Shown: one piece after another, positions 1-9,839 of the stretch
Layout of the letters: every line of letters starts with the position of its first letter
Numbering within the stretch: the first letter of the stretch is position 1
From: an uncultured Acidobacteriota bacterium
GTDB lineage: Bacteria > Acidobacteriota > UBA6911
Direction: 5' to 3'
Assembly: GCA_963809485.1 (NCBI GenBank)
Contig: CAWEJX010000006.1
Coordinates: forward strand, 128,001-192,000
Length of the DNA stretch: 64,000 nt
Position numbers and translations under genes: made by a program
The notes under the pieces: model-generated
Databases searched by the model: none
Seen by the model: the letters and a program-made list of their open reading frames with translations, nothing else
What the model was told of the DNA's origin: nothing

Positions 1-60
1 GATCCTTTTGTCAGCGATTTGGACAGTGGGGAGGGCAAGTTCGTTGCCGCCTTGCACGAG

Positions 61-188
61 TGTCCAGTTCTCTATGAACTGCTGGGGGACTTTGTGAAGA
101 CGATGGGGTAGGGGATTATGAAGGTCCTGATCTTGGACCGAGGGTTTATCGATGGCCCCTCGATTGGGAAATGCAGGAAGGATTACGG
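61..188 (+). pseudogene. IS4-type DDE transposase remnant
   Basis: Frame starting at 61 reads CPVLYELLGDFVKTMG*GIMKVLILDRGFIDG. LILDRGF is the second-Asp motif of IS4-superfamily transposases. There is an in-frame TAG at 109-111. Confidence 0.55.
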
Positions 189-305
189 CGCAGCGCCGTC
201 CTGTATTCCATTCTGGCAAGCTGCCGTCGTCGCGGGATTGATCCGGAAGACTATCTCACTGATTTCCCTTTGACCAGGAAGCAGACCTTCCTCAAAATTG
301 CGTAA
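189..305 (+). pseudogene. IS66 transposase (TnpC) C-terminal remnant
   Basis: Reads RSAVLYSILASCRRRGIDPEDYLTD, matching the IS66 C-terminal A..YSL..sc...gidP..YL.D pattern. It has no start and is fused directly to the IS4-like fragment. Confidence 0.65.
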
Positions 306-389
306 ATCAAAAGGCCTCTTTTTTGAGAGATCAAGGGACAGACGAACAATCTCCTTGTCAATGTCTCGGATCGGGGACATAATGACATC

Positions 390-728
390 GTGAAACCGAT
401 CGATTTTCATGCAAGAGCATTGGAGTTCATTAGAGCACAGGCGAGGTCGATCCGAAGTCATATCGGGGAAGCGCTTAGAGACCTTCAGAAAGGAATTAAT
501 CTTGGGATGCCTCTCAGCCGCCCGATGCCGGCTGTAGCGCCTGGAGTTCACGAATTGCGCATAAGGGGAGAAGGGACGACCGTGAGGATTTTCTATTATG
601 TGCGCAAGGCGGATGCGATCATTGTTTTTCACGCATTCCAAAAGAAGTCGCAGAAGACGCCATCTCGAGAGATCGACCTTGCTCGTCAGAGATTGCAGGA
701 GGTTCTAAATGAAGCAGACAAATTCTGA
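390..728 (+). CDS. Type II toxin, RelE/HigB (Gp49-like) family
   Basis: 112 aa basic protein with GVHELRI...VRIFY...IIVFHAFQKKSQKTP..EI.LA.QR. It overlaps the downstream HTH gene. Confidence 0.85.
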   Translation: MKPIDFHARALEFIRAQARSIRSHIGEALRDLQKGINLGMPLSRPMPAVAPGVHELRIRGEGTTVRIFYYVRKADAIIVFHAFQKKSQKTPSREIDLARQRLQEVLNEADKF

Positions 729-1020
729 AAAAACTGTCCGAACAAAAACCGCTGAGGACCTGGGAAGAGCGCTGGGTTTATCCGCGGCTGAGGCGGGAGA
801 AATGGAGTTTCGGTCAGATCTCACATGCGCTCTGGCAAAAATCATACAGAATGGAAAGTCGACTCACGCGGAGATTGCTAAAAGGGCAGGGACCTCCCGG
901 ACACGGGTAACGGCTATCGCTAATGGGAACACGCAAGGGATGTCGACGGACCTTTTGATTCGGGTTCTTTCTGCCACAGGATACAAGGCAGAATTGCGAG
1001 TTCGGAAAACTGCGGCATAA
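709..1020 (+). CDS. XRE-family HTH antitoxin (HigA-like)
   Basis: HTH THAEIAKRAGTSRTRVTAIANG...STDLLIRVL. Toxin-first arrangement with a 20 bp overlap. Confidence 0.8.
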   Translation: MKQTNSEKTVRTKTAEDLGRALGLSAAEAGEMEFRSDLTCALAKIIQNGKSTHAEIAKRAGTSRTRVTAIANGNTQGMSTDLLIRVLSATGYKAELRVRKTAA

Positions 1021-1051
1021 GGATATGAGATACGGAATCAAGCTGCTGGAT

Positions 1052-1326
1052 GTTGGGCGCCACGGCAAAGGTTGAGTGTAAATGCAATCTCCGGCTCTGG
1101 GCTTCAGTCTGATTGGTCCCGATCACCCCCAATCCTTCACACTGCGCCAAAGTCGAATAGTCCAGATCGCTGCCGTCCTGAATGCACAAGACCACGCGCT
1201 GGCCTTTCATGCGTGGTATTGTCCGTTCCTGGTGAGGCTGCAGAATATGCGACATGCCGATCGCTTCTTCATCCGGATGATCAATAAGCCGATAGTATGC
1301 CTTGACTGCCGGCCAATTTCCCAGTG
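1052..1326 (-). pseudogene. IS4 (Tn5/IS50-like) transposase internal fragment
   Basis: Reads WPAVKAYYRLIDHPD...ILQPHQERT..RM....VVLCIQDGSDLDY...GLGVIG.NQ....LHLHSTFAV. Truncated at both ends. Confidence 0.75.
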
Positions 1327-1623
1327 TGGGAAAAATAAACCTATTTGTTCAGTTTTTTATTGTGGGTAAAGGGCAGGGCTAGCGGGCCTGGGTCGTTTTT
1401 GCTGAGCGCCGAAGCGAATTGACGGCATCTCTTCCGGAATCGCGCTGCATCTAGCTCCAAGCTCTTCGGAAGTGCTCAAAAACAAGCGAACATTAGAAAC
1501 CCACATTTATGTCGCACGCCCGGCGCAAGAAATTGGCTGGCGGGAATTTGTCTGGCATGGTAAACTAAAGGTTTTGTGTAGGACGGCTCTCATAAAAATG
1601 CTGCCTGGTAATCGAGGCTGAAA

Positions 1624-1848
1624 ATGAAAGATAAGATTCATCCCAAGTACCATAAAGTGCTGGTGACCTGCGCCTGCGGAAACAAGTTTGAAACCCGGTC
1701 CACCAAGCCGGAAATCCGGCTGGAGATGTGTTCGGCCTGCCACCCTTTCTTTACCGGGAAGCAGAAGCTGATTGACACCGCGGGGCGCATCGAACGATTC
1801 CAGAAGCGCTACGGTCTGGATAAGATCGAAAACACCTCCAAAGTCTGA
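1624..1848 (+). CDS. rpmE: 50S ribosomal protein L31 (Zn-binding type)
   Basis: MK..IHPKY...VTCACGN.F...S...[24 protein letters not shown]. Confidence 0.97.
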   Translation: MKDKIHPKYHKVLVTCACGNKFETRSTKPEIRLEMCSACHPFFTGKQKLIDTAGRIERFQKRYGLDKIENTSKV

Positions 1849-1856
1849 GACACCAG

Positions 1857-2822
1857 ATGGCGGACACAAAGCCCACCTCGTCACCCGAAGATATCCTCGT
1901 AGGCGGCCAGGCGGTTATTGAAGGCGTCATGATGCGCACGCCGCATGCCTATGCGGTGGCGGTGCGACGTGCGGACGGCTCTGTCGAGGTTATGAAAGAG
2001 CCTGTTCAACGTCTGTCCGAGCGCTGGAAGCCTCTCTCCTGGTTTGTTATCCGCGGCTTTGCCGTTTTGGTCCAGTCCCTCTTTCTGGGGTTGCGCACCT
2101 TGAATTATTCCATCAATGTCTCGCTCAAGGATCTGGATCCGAGCGCAAAGGAGAGAGCAAAAAGCGACAAAAAGGAGAATGCCGTCCTGCCGATCGCTGC
2201 ATCGATGTTTTTCGGCGTGGCGGTGGCGGTCTTCCTGTTTATTCTTTTGCCGCTTTGGATCACAACCTGGATGAAGGGATACATCTCCTTAGTCCACAAC
2301 TGGGTGGTTTTCAACCTTGTCGACGGCTTGATCCGCGTTGTTTTTTTCCTGTGCTACATCATGCTGATAAGCCTGATTAAAGACATCCGCAGAGTGTTCC
2401 AGTACCACGGCGCCGAGCACAAGGTGGTCCACGTGTGGGAAGCGGCGGAGGAACTCACCGTAGAAAATGCGCGGAACAAGTCGACACTGCACCCCCGCTG
2501 CGGCACCAGCTTCATGCTGTTCGTGATGGTGGTCAGCATCATTGTGTTCTCCGTCTTCAAGTTCGACGCGTTCTGGACGATTTTTCTCTCGCGACTGGTT
2601 CTGATCCCCGTTGTGTCGGGGCTTTCCTACGAACTGATCCGGCTTTCGGCGCCCCGCTGCCGGAAAGGTTTCTACCGCTGGATGGTGCTTCCGGGGCTGT
2701 CCCTTCAGCGCATCACGACTAAAGAGCCTTCCGACGACCAATTGGAAATCGCGATCCGGGCTTTGAGAGAATCCCTCGAGCTCGATGGAATCAAAGCTCG
2801 CGAAGCGCAAACTGCCGCTTAG
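1857..2822 (+). CDS. DUF1385 membrane protein
   Basis: VGGQAVIEGVMM, RVFQYHGAEHK, HPRCGTSF and LQRITTKEP motifs. Sits in the usual rpmE-prfA neighbourhood. Confidence 0.93.
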   Translation: MADTKPTSSPEDILVGGQAVIEGVMMRTPHAYAVAVRRADGSVEVMKEPVQRLSERWKPLSWFVIRGFAVLVQSLFLGLRTLNYSINVSLKDLDPSAKERAKSDKKENAVLPIAASMFFGVAVAVFLFILLPLWITTWMKGYISLVHNWVVFNLVDGLIRVVFFLCYIMLISLIKDIRRVFQYHGAEHKVVHVWEAAEELTVENARNKSTLHPRCGTSFMLFVMVVSIIVFSVFKFDAFWTIFLSRLVLIPVVSGLSYELIRLSAPRCRKGFYRWMVLPGLSLQRITTKEPSDDQLEIAIRALRESLELDGIKAREAQTAA

Positions 2823-2889
2823 CGGGTCCGCCCCTCGCCCGGTCCCTACCGGCCAATTTCAAAACATTCTATAATCTAGAGAGATACCC

Positions 2890-3957
2890 ATGATTGACAA
2901 GCTCGTTGCCCTGGAAAAAAAATTCGAGGAACTGAACGCGCTCCTGGCGGATCCGGCCATCCTTGCGGATCAGCCCGCCTACCAGAAGCATGCCAAATCT
3001 CACAGGGATTTGAGCGCGGTGGTGGAGAAATTCCGGGAATATAAGGGCATCCTGAACGGCATCGAGGAAGCCAAAACCCTTGCAGCGTCCGAAACCGATC
3101 CGGAGATGAGAAAGCTCGCCGATGATGAAATGATCGCCCTGGAGGAGAGGGAGAAGACATGTCATCAAGAGCTCCAGTTGCTTCTGATGCCCAAGGACCC
3201 CAACGACGATAAAAACGTGCTCCTGGAGATCCGGGCGGGGACCGGCGGAAATGAAGCAACGCTGTTTGCCGCCGAACTCTTCCGGATGTATTCGCGGTAT
3301 GCCGAACGCATCGGCTGGCGCGTGGAGATCATGGAAGAGCATGTGTCGGAAGTGGGGGGATTCAAAGAAATCATCGCCATGGTGGAAGGGGGCCGCGTTT
3401 ACAGCAAACTCAAATACGAAAGCGGCGTTCACCGGGTGCAGCGTGTGCCGGCGACCGAAGCCAACGGCCGCATTCATACATCCGCAGTGACCGTAGCGGT
3501 GCTGCCCGAAGCCGACGAGGTGGAGGTGGTGGTGGATCCCAAAGATATCCGCATCGACACTTTCTGTTCTTCCGGGCCCGGCGGCCAGTCGGTGAACACG
3601 ACCTATTCCGCGGTCCGTATCACCCACATCCCGACCGGGCTGGTTGTTTCCTGTCAGGATGAAAAATCCCAGATCAAAAACCGGGCAAAAGCCATGCGCG
3701 TTCTGAGGTCGAGACTCTACGACATCGCCCTCCAGGAGCAGCAGAAATCCATTTCGGAAAACCGCCGCAGCCAGGTTGGTTCGGGCGACCGCAGCGAGAA
3801 GATCCGGACGTATAATTTCCCTCAGAACCGTGTCACGGACCATCGGATCGGGCTGACGGTGTACAATCTCTCCGACTTTATGGACGGGAATATCGGAACT
3901 TTGCTCGAAGCCCTGTTCACCCATTTTCAGGCGGAGCGGTTGAAAGAAGCAGTATAG
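2890..3957 (+). CDS. prfA: Peptide chain release factor 1
   Basis: [12 protein letters not shown] (PxT), SGPGGQSVN (GGQ) and [11 protein letters not shown] motifs. Confidence 0.97.
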   Translation: MIDKLVALEKKFEELNALLADPAILADQPAYQKHAKSHRDLSAVVEKFREYKGILNGIEEAKTLAASETDPEMRKLADDEMIALEEREKTCHQELQLLLMPKDPNDDKNVLLEIRAGTGGNEATLFAAELFRMYSRYAERIGWRVEIMEEHVSEVGGFKEIIAMVEGGRVYSKLKYESGVHRVQRVPATEANGRIHTSAVTVAVLPEADEVEVVVDPKDIRIDTFCSSGPGGQSVNTTYSAVRITHIPTGLVVSCQDEKSQIKNRAKAMRVLRSRLYDIALQEQQKSISENRRSQVGSGDRSEKIRTYNFPQNRVTDHRIGLTVYNLSDFMDGNIGTLLEALFTHFQAERLKEAV

Positions 3958-3984
3958 GCGCTGCGTCTGAGGGCTCAATAAATT

Positions 3985-4110
3985 GCCAATCCCGAGCTTG
4001 GCGGGGAGACTCACAGGGTTTGGCAGTTCCAGGATCGTGAAACGCTGACAGACGCTGAAATAGCTCTGATAAACACTGATACTTCAGTCAAAGGTCGGCG
4101 CATAAGCGCC
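3985..4110 (+). repeat. Degenerate copy of the IS200-like non-autonomous element (left part)
   Basis: cccgagcttggcggggagactcacagggtttggcagttcc...gaaacgctgacagacgctgaaa resembles the element starts at 11689, 24090 and 41244. Confidence 0.5.
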
Positions 4111-4143
4111 GATGAGACGATTCCGAAAATCGGACGATGACCG

Positions 4144-5019
4144 ATGCATACCATCGCCAGCGCCCGCAAATGGGCCATTGAGGAGTTCAAGGGGGCCGGA
4201 GTGGAATCTCCCATGCTCTCGGCCGATCTCCTGCTCGGCTTCGTGCTCGGCTGGCAGAGAGTTCGGGTCTTGAGTCATCCCGAACACCTTCTGGCGCCCA
4301 AAGACTATGCTTATTTCCAGAGTTTGATCGGCCGCCGCGTAAAGGGCGAACCCCTGCAGTATTTGCTGGGTGAACAGGAATTCTACGGACTTCTTTTTCG
4401 CGTGACTCCGGAGGTCCTGATCCCGCGTCCGGAGACGGAGCTTCTCGTCGAAGAGGCGCTGCGTTTGATGAAAGAATCCCCGCCCGCTGTCCTTCGTTTC
4501 CTGGACGTCGGTACCGGTTCCGGTTGTATCGCTGTTTCCATCGCCCGCGATATCCCGGTTTCAGCCGGGTGGGCGATCGACATATCGGCGGACGCGCTGC
4601 GCATAGCGCGCGAAAATGCCGTCCGTCACGGCGTGGCCCAAAGAATTCAGTTTATCCAGTCCGACCTGCTTGAATGCTTTTCCTCGGGTCCGATATTCGA
4701 CTTCGTCCTGAGCAATCCGCCTTACGTCCCCTTCGACGATTTTGATAGTCTGCCCCGAGAGGTGAGAGACCACGAACCACACGCCGCATTGTTCGGCGGA
4801 GCTTCGGGCCTGGGCGTCTACCGGCGGGCGATTCCGGGGATTTCGTCGCGGATCGCGCCGGGGGGATTCCTTCTGCTCGAATTGGGCGCAGGACAGGCGG
4901 AGAAGGTTTCGAAACTTGTTGAAATGGGGGGGCTCTGCGTACAGAGAATCCTCGACGATCTGCAGGGGATCCCGCGCTGCCTCGTGGCGCGGAAACTCCC
5001 CCGGAGGGAGCATGGATAA
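4144..5019 (+). CDS. prmC: Release factor glutamine methyltransferase
   Basis: GEPLQY, VLIPRPETE, LDVGTGSG and SNPPY motifs. Follows prfA. Confidence 0.95.
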   Translation: MHTIASARKWAIEEFKGAGVESPMLSADLLLGFVLGWQRVRVLSHPEHLLAPKDYAYFQSLIGRRVKGEPLQYLLGEQEFYGLLFRVTPEVLIPRPETELLVEEALRLMKESPPAVLRFLDVGTGSGCIAVSIARDIPVSAGWAIDISADALRIARENAVRHGVAQRIQFIQSDLLECFSSGPIFDFVLSNPPYVPFDDFDSLPREVRDHEPHAALFGGASGLGVYRRAIPGISSRIAPGGFLLLELGAGQAEKVSKLVEMGGLCVQRILDDLQGIPRCLVARKLPRREHG

Positions 5020-6265
5020 AATTCGCGTGATGGGCGGAATCCCTTTGTATGGGCGCGTAGGGATCAGCGGGGCAAAAAACGCCGCACTGCCTGCGTTGGC
5101 CGCATCCCTTTTGACCGCCGATACGCTTCAGCTGGAAAACATTCCTTATGTCCGCGATATCCTGACGGCAAGAAACCTGCTCGAGGTAATGGGCGTTGAG
5201 GCGGAAGTGCGCGAAGATGGGACCGCAACGCTTAATGCCGGCCGGGTCCGTTCCTGCGAGGCCCCCTATGAACTGGTCAAAACCATGCGGGCGGCGATCC
5301 TGGTCCTGGGCCCGCTCGTCGCCAGATTCAAAAAGGCGCGGGTCTCGCTTCCCGGAGGGTGCGCCATAGGCGCCCGTCCGGTGAACCTGCACATAATGGG
5401 CCTTGAGCTCATGGGAGCCAAATGCGATGTGGTGCATGGTTACGTGGAAGCTTCCGCCCCCGGCCTGCATGGATCGCATGTCATGATGGATACGGTCACG
5501 GTTACAGGAACCGAAAATCTTATGATGGCCGCCACGCTGGCTGAAGGCGAAACCGTGCTGGACAATGCGGCCTGCGAACCCGAAATCAGCGATCTGGCCG
5601 ATCTGCTCCGGAGCATGGGCGCCCGTATTCAAGGCGACGGCACGCGCACGATCCGGATTCAGGGCGTGAAGGAACTGCACGGAAGCCGGCACTGCATCAT
5701 ACCGGATCGAATCGAGGCGGGGACCTTTGCCATAGCCTCCGCGATCACCCGCGGGGACGTCGAGATCGTGGGGTGCAATCCGGGCCACCTGACGGCCGTG
5801 CTTACACAGTTAAGCCAAACGGGGGCCGAAGTCACAATCGGTTCCGATGGCTTTCGCGTGAGGGGAAGGGACCCGATTGTCTCGAAAAATGTCGTGACTC
5901 ATCCCTATCCGGCGTTTCCGACGGATATGCAGGCTCAATACATGGCTCTGATGACTCAGGGAGACAGGAGTGCGGTCATTACCGAAACCATTTTCGAGAA
6001 CCGGTTCATGCATGCCCTGGAAATGATCCGCATGGGAGCCGACATAACCATTGACGGCAGGCAGGCCATGGTGAGGGGCGGCAAGCCTCTGTCCGGAGCG
6101 AGGGTTCTGGCTTCCGATCTCAGGGCGAGCGCCTGCCTGATACTTGCGGGTCTGGTCGCCCGGGGGGAAACGGTTATCGACAGGGTCTATCATCTGGATC
6201 GAGGCTACTATCATATCGAGCGGAAACTGGCCGGGCTTGGCGCAAATATCGAGCGCATACGCTAG
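5012..6265 (+). CDS. murA: UDP-N-acetylglucosamine 1-carboxyvinyltransferase
   Basis: SGAKNAALP, LPGGCAIGARP, PDRIEAGT, FPTDMQAQ and HLDRGY motifs. Start moved to ATG 5012 after GGAGGGAG. Confidence 0.96.
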   Translation: MDKIRVMGGIPLYGRVGISGAKNAALPALAASLLTADTLQLENIPYVRDILTARNLLEVMGVEAEVREDGTATLNAGRVRSCEAPYELVKTMRAAILVLGPLVARFKKARVSLPGGCAIGARPVNLHIMGLELMGAKCDVVHGYVEASAPGLHGSHVMMDTVTVTGTENLMMAATLAEGETVLDNAACEPEISDLADLLRSMGARIQGDGTRTIRIQGVKELHGSRHCIIPDRIEAGTFAIASAITRGDVEIVGCNPGHLTAVLTQLSQTGAEVTIGSDGFRVRGRDPIVSKNVVTHPYPAFPTDMQAQYMALMTQGDRSAVITETIFENRFMHALEMIRMGADITIDGRQAMVRGGKPLSGARVLASDLRASACLILAGLVARGETVIDRVYHLDRGYYHIERKLAGLGANIERIR

Positions 6266-6296
6266 GCGGATCTTCTACGCCTGTCGGAGAGGAAAG

Positions 6297-6647
6297 ATGA
6301 AAATCTTGGGGTGCATTTTTTGCCAAATCGCCGCCCGAGAGAAACCTGCGGATATCCTTTATGAGGATGAGCTGTGCCTTGTGCTCCGGGACATAAAGCC
6401 CAGAGCTCCGGTTCATCTCCTGGTCCTGCCGAAAAAGCACATTGTTTCCCTTAATGACAGCCAGGAGGAAGACCGGCTGCTTCTGGGTCACATGCTGAAC
6501 GTAGTCGGGCGGATGGCAAAAGAGCAGCACATTGACGGCACAGGGTATCGTACCGTTATAAATACGAACGCGGAGGCCGGCCAGACGATATTTCACCTGC
6601 ACATTCATATTCTGGGCGGACGGATACTTGCCTGGCCTCCCGGCTAA
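6297..6647 (+). CDS. hinT: Histidine triad (HIT) nucleotide-binding protein
   Basis: CIFCQI, AGQTIFHLHIHILGGR and WPPG C-terminus. Start placed at ATG 6297. Confidence 0.92.
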   Translation: MKILGCIFCQIAAREKPADILYEDELCLVLRDIKPRAPVHLLVLPKKHIVSLNDSQEEDRLLLGHMLNVVGRMAKEQHIDGTGYRTVINTNAEAGQTIFHLHIHILGGRILAWPPG

Positions 6648-6696
6648 AAACTTTTTTGCAGGGGTGGACCGAAGTCTCCCCCCCAAGAGGACGTAC

Positions 6697-7005
6697 ATGG
6701 CGAATGAAGAAAGACCCGTACAAATCATTGCAGATCACTCCCTGAGCTCTCCGAGAATCTATTCCAACTATGTCCAGGTCAGCGTTTCACCCCTGGACTG
6801 TACCCTGACATTTTGCGACGTCATCGGCCCGCAGAGTGAGGAAGAGGCGCTGAGAATGCAAAAAACCGGAACCCTGCCGGCGCCGGTGAAGGCGGTGATT
6901 GCCATACCCACTCAGATCGTGGACGGCCTCATCCAGGCTCTGCAGGCTCAGCGGGACAAGCAGACCGGAGGAGGCAAACCCTCGACCGGAACGACGGTTC
7001 AGTGA
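6697..7005 (+). CDS. Small hypothetical protein, DUF3467-like
   Basis: IYSNYVQVSVSPLDCTLTF pattern. ATG 6697 follows AAGAGG. Confidence 0.6.
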   Translation: MANEERPVQIIADHSLSSPRIYSNYVQVSVSPLDCTLTFCDVIGPQSEEEALRMQKTGTLPAPVKAVIAIPTQIVDGLIQALQAQRDKQTGGGKPSTGTTVQ

Positions 7006-7158
7006 TTGACTCGAGAATCGGATTCCGGAATTCGAGATTGAGGATCACTTCGATGCCGGGCGTGAGCGGGAAAAATCTGTGGCAACCTTTTTAAATGGGG
7101 TGCATCCTGTATTGGATAAGGCACGGGACCTGCGTGAGAAGGTAAAAGTGGAGGGATC

Positions 7159-7485
7159 ATGAGATCACTGCTAGTGTTTGCGTTCGTCCTCCTGGCGGCG
7201 TCCGTGGCTGCGGCAGGAGAAATCTATGGGACAGTTGCCGATGCGGGCAAGCCGGTCGCGGCCGGCATCAAAATCGAAATTGCCGCCGCCGGAAAAACCT
7301 ATTCCGGCGAGACAGACAAATTCGGCAGCTACCACATCTTCGTCAACGATAAGGGCAAATGCAGTCTGACGATTCACTACAAGGATCAGAAACCTGACGC
7401 GGATATCTTCAGCTATGAAAAGGCCATGCGTTACGACTGGATGATTGAGACCGTCGACGGCAAGCTGACGCTCAAGAGGAAATAA
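7159..7485 (+). CDS. Secreted beta-sandwich protein (carboxypeptidase-regulatory-like)
   Basis: Signal peptide, then GEIYGTV.D.GKPV..G...TDKFGSY. GGAGGG RBS. Confidence 0.7.
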   Translation: MRSLLVFAFVLLAASVAAAGEIYGTVADAGKPVAAGIKIEIAAAGKTYSGETDKFGSYHIFVNDKGKCSLTIHYKDQKPDADIFSYEKAMRYDWMIETVDGKLTLKRK

Positions 7486-7488
7486 GCC

Positions 7489-8406
7489 ATGGAAGACCGA
7501 CCGAAAAGACGCGATGTCTGGGAGAAGGTGAGTCTTGTCCTGCAGTCCAGCGGCGGACTGCTGACCGCGATCACGGTGGCGATCATAGGCATCATCGGTT
7601 CGAGCTACCTGAAAGATCGTGAATTGACGCAGAACACTACCAGGGAACGGATGCAGGCCTACGAAACCAATGTGCGCATCTACACGGAGCTCATGAGCAA
7701 ACGGGAAGAGGCGGAAAGCGCCCTGCGCAAAGACATGTTCGTCTCGATCATCCAATCTTTTCTTCGCCCCGGATCTTCCAGCCTCGACGAACGCGTTTTG
7801 AACCTGGAACTGCTCTCCTATAACTTCCATGAATCGCTCAACCTGAAGCCCCTCTTTATCTATCTGGAAAAACAGATCGGCGCGTCGAGCGAGGCGCACA
7901 GAAAGGAATATCTGCAGCGCCTCTACAAAGTTGCTACGGAGATCAGCCGGAAGCAGATGCTGGTGCTGGAGGGCGCAGGACGAAAGACCGACCGCATCAT
8001 CGATTTCGCGAATCTCGAACAGAATCCCGGAGGATTTCCCCTGGAAGATGCCACGCTCACTCTGGACGGAATCACCCGGCAGTTCTCCCTGTTCGTCCTG
8101 TCGGTGGACAAGGCCGCGCAGCAGGTCAGTCTTCGGCTTGAGATCAAGACGGCGGACAAAGATCGCGGCAACGTGGAGTCCAGCACGGCGGAATTCTGGG
8201 TGGGATTCTTTGATTTCCCGATGATCGACAATACGCGTCTGCCCCATGACCAGCGGGCTGCTGTTGTTCTGAACGCCTTTGAGGACGAGAGCGCCGACGT
8301 CACTCTGGCCTATTTCCCGGGTTCCTATGCAAGCCTGAAGGAAAAACCCTACTACCAGGAAGTCGTGCAGAACCTGATGAAGACAAGCCAGGGACTGACC
8401 GAGTAA
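7489..8406 (+). CDS. Membrane-anchored hypothetical protein
   Basis: Single N-terminal TM segment (LLTAITVAIIGIIGS). Lies 3 bp after the previous gene. Confidence 0.75.
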   Translation: MEDRPKRRDVWEKVSLVLQSSGGLLTAITVAIIGIIGSSYLKDRELTQNTTRERMQAYETNVRIYTELMSKREEAESALRKDMFVSIIQSFLRPGSSSLDERVLNLELLSYNFHESLNLKPLFIYLEKQIGASSEAHRKEYLQRLYKVATEISRKQMLVLEGAGRKTDRIIDFANLEQNPGGFPLEDATLTLDGITRQFSLFVLSVDKAAQQVSLRLEIKTADKDRGNVESSTAEFWVGFFDFPMIDNTRLPHDQRAAVVLNAFEDESADVTLAYFPGSYASLKEKPYYQEVVQNLMKTSQGLTE

Positions 8407-8554
8407 CGACACCCTTGCCGGCTTTGTGTCCCGCAACGTAGAGGGCGTGCCTCGGAAAAAGCCGCGCAGTATTTTCGGCTTGATCTCAAACGTCGTCCCT
8501 GAAGGCACATCAGGGAGCAGCCTCGACGGAACAAGCGCCACAACTTCGTCTCAT

Positions 8555-9610
8555 ATGCTCATAGGCATCAATTATCCTTGGATCGACTATGGCTGGGATT
8601 TCGGGGGGCCTCCGGCGTTGTGGGTGTCCGGGGAAAACCTGCCCGCATGGCGTGAGAGCAAACGAAGTCGCATCGAGGAGGATTTTGCCCAATTCCAATC
8701 CCGGAGAATATTCGCCGTACGCTGGTTCCTTCTGGCGGACGGATTGAATTACGGGACAGGTGAGTCTGCCCCCAGGAGGATCGGCAATGAATGGCTTTTT
8801 GAGCCACTGCCGGCAGGCCATCCATTCTACCGGCAGCTCGGAGAGGATTTTGAGCATGTCCTGGGCACCTGCGCAAAGACCGGTCTGAAACTGCTTCCGT
8901 CGCTGATCGATTTTTCATGGTGCCGACGCGGGACGGAGATTCCCGGCAGCCCCGGAATCATCAAAGGCGGAAGATATGGGATTGTCTGCGATGCGGCGAA
9001 GCAGAAGCTGTTTTTTGACAGGATTCTCGATCCCCTGCTGGATATTTCCCGGAAATACCAGGATGCGGTTTTTGCCTGGGAGCTGATCAACGAGCCCGAG
9101 TGGGTGACCGGAAGATTTCCGCTCTTCGGCGAAAAAAGGGGAAACCGGACGGTTACCCTGAAAGAGATGAAATCCTTCATCACCGAGGGGGTACGCCGCA
9201 TCCATGCCCACCTGCTTCCTGACGGGGGCCGAGCCTTCCATTCGTCGGTCGGCTTTGCTCACTGGCGCACGCTGGAAAAATGGGATGCATCGGCGCTCGG
9301 AATAACGCTTCATCAATTCCACTATTATGCCCAGGGGGGATGTGTTCTGCCGCCGCATCCGCCCGGGCGGGAGATCCCTTGCGTGGTGGGTGAATTCGCG
9401 TCTGCAGCCGGCCGCTCCTGGCCGGATCTGCTGAAGCCGGACATGGGTCAGACGGTTACCCACAGGCTGCGCTGCCTCGAGGGAAAAGGATATCCGGCCT
9501 GCTTCCTGTGGTCGGCAAGGGCTGTGGATGCCGCCACCCGTTGGACAGCGGATGAGCATCAGCAGCTTGCAGCCTACACGCGCTCAAACGGGCCAGGCAT
9601 TACAGCGTAA
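8555..9610 (+). CDS. Glycoside hydrolase family 5-like (clan A)
   Basis: GINYPW..YGWDFG, AVRWFL, AWELINEPE (acid/base), QFHYY and VVGEF (nucleophile). Confidence 0.75.
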   Translation: MLIGINYPWIDYGWDFGGPPALWVSGENLPAWRESKRSRIEEDFAQFQSRRIFAVRWFLLADGLNYGTGESAPRRIGNEWLFEPLPAGHPFYRQLGEDFEHVLGTCAKTGLKLLPSLIDFSWCRRGTEIPGSPGIIKGGRYGIVCDAAKQKLFFDRILDPLLDISRKYQDAVFAWELINEPEWVTGRFPLFGEKRGNRTVTLKEMKSFITEGVRRIHAHLLPDGGRAFHSSVGFAHWRTLEKWDASALGITLHQFHYYAQGGCVLPPHPPGREIPCVVGEFASAAGRSWPDLLKPDMGQTVTHRLRCLEGKGYPACFLWSARAVDAATRWTADEHQQLAAYTRSNGPGITA

Positions 9611-9839
9611 CCCGTCAACCTGCGACGACCTGGAGCCATCAATATCCATAGCCCTCTGCGCCGCCTCAATACTTAATCTTGCCCAAATGACCCGGGTATA
9701 CATCCCGGCAAATTCGCCGCTGTGCTCCCTGCCTTCATGCTATCCTTACTAATTGGGGGCAGTGCAGCGCAGAATCGCATCGTGCGCATGCAGTTCTGCA
9801 TGCCCCCGGATTGAATCTTTCACGGAAACGGGATTCGCT

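Noticed and set aside
7119-7134. Sigma-54 promoter AGGCACGGGACCTGCG before 7159
   Set aside because: The spacing fits but the -12 element is weak, and such matches arise by chance at this GC content.
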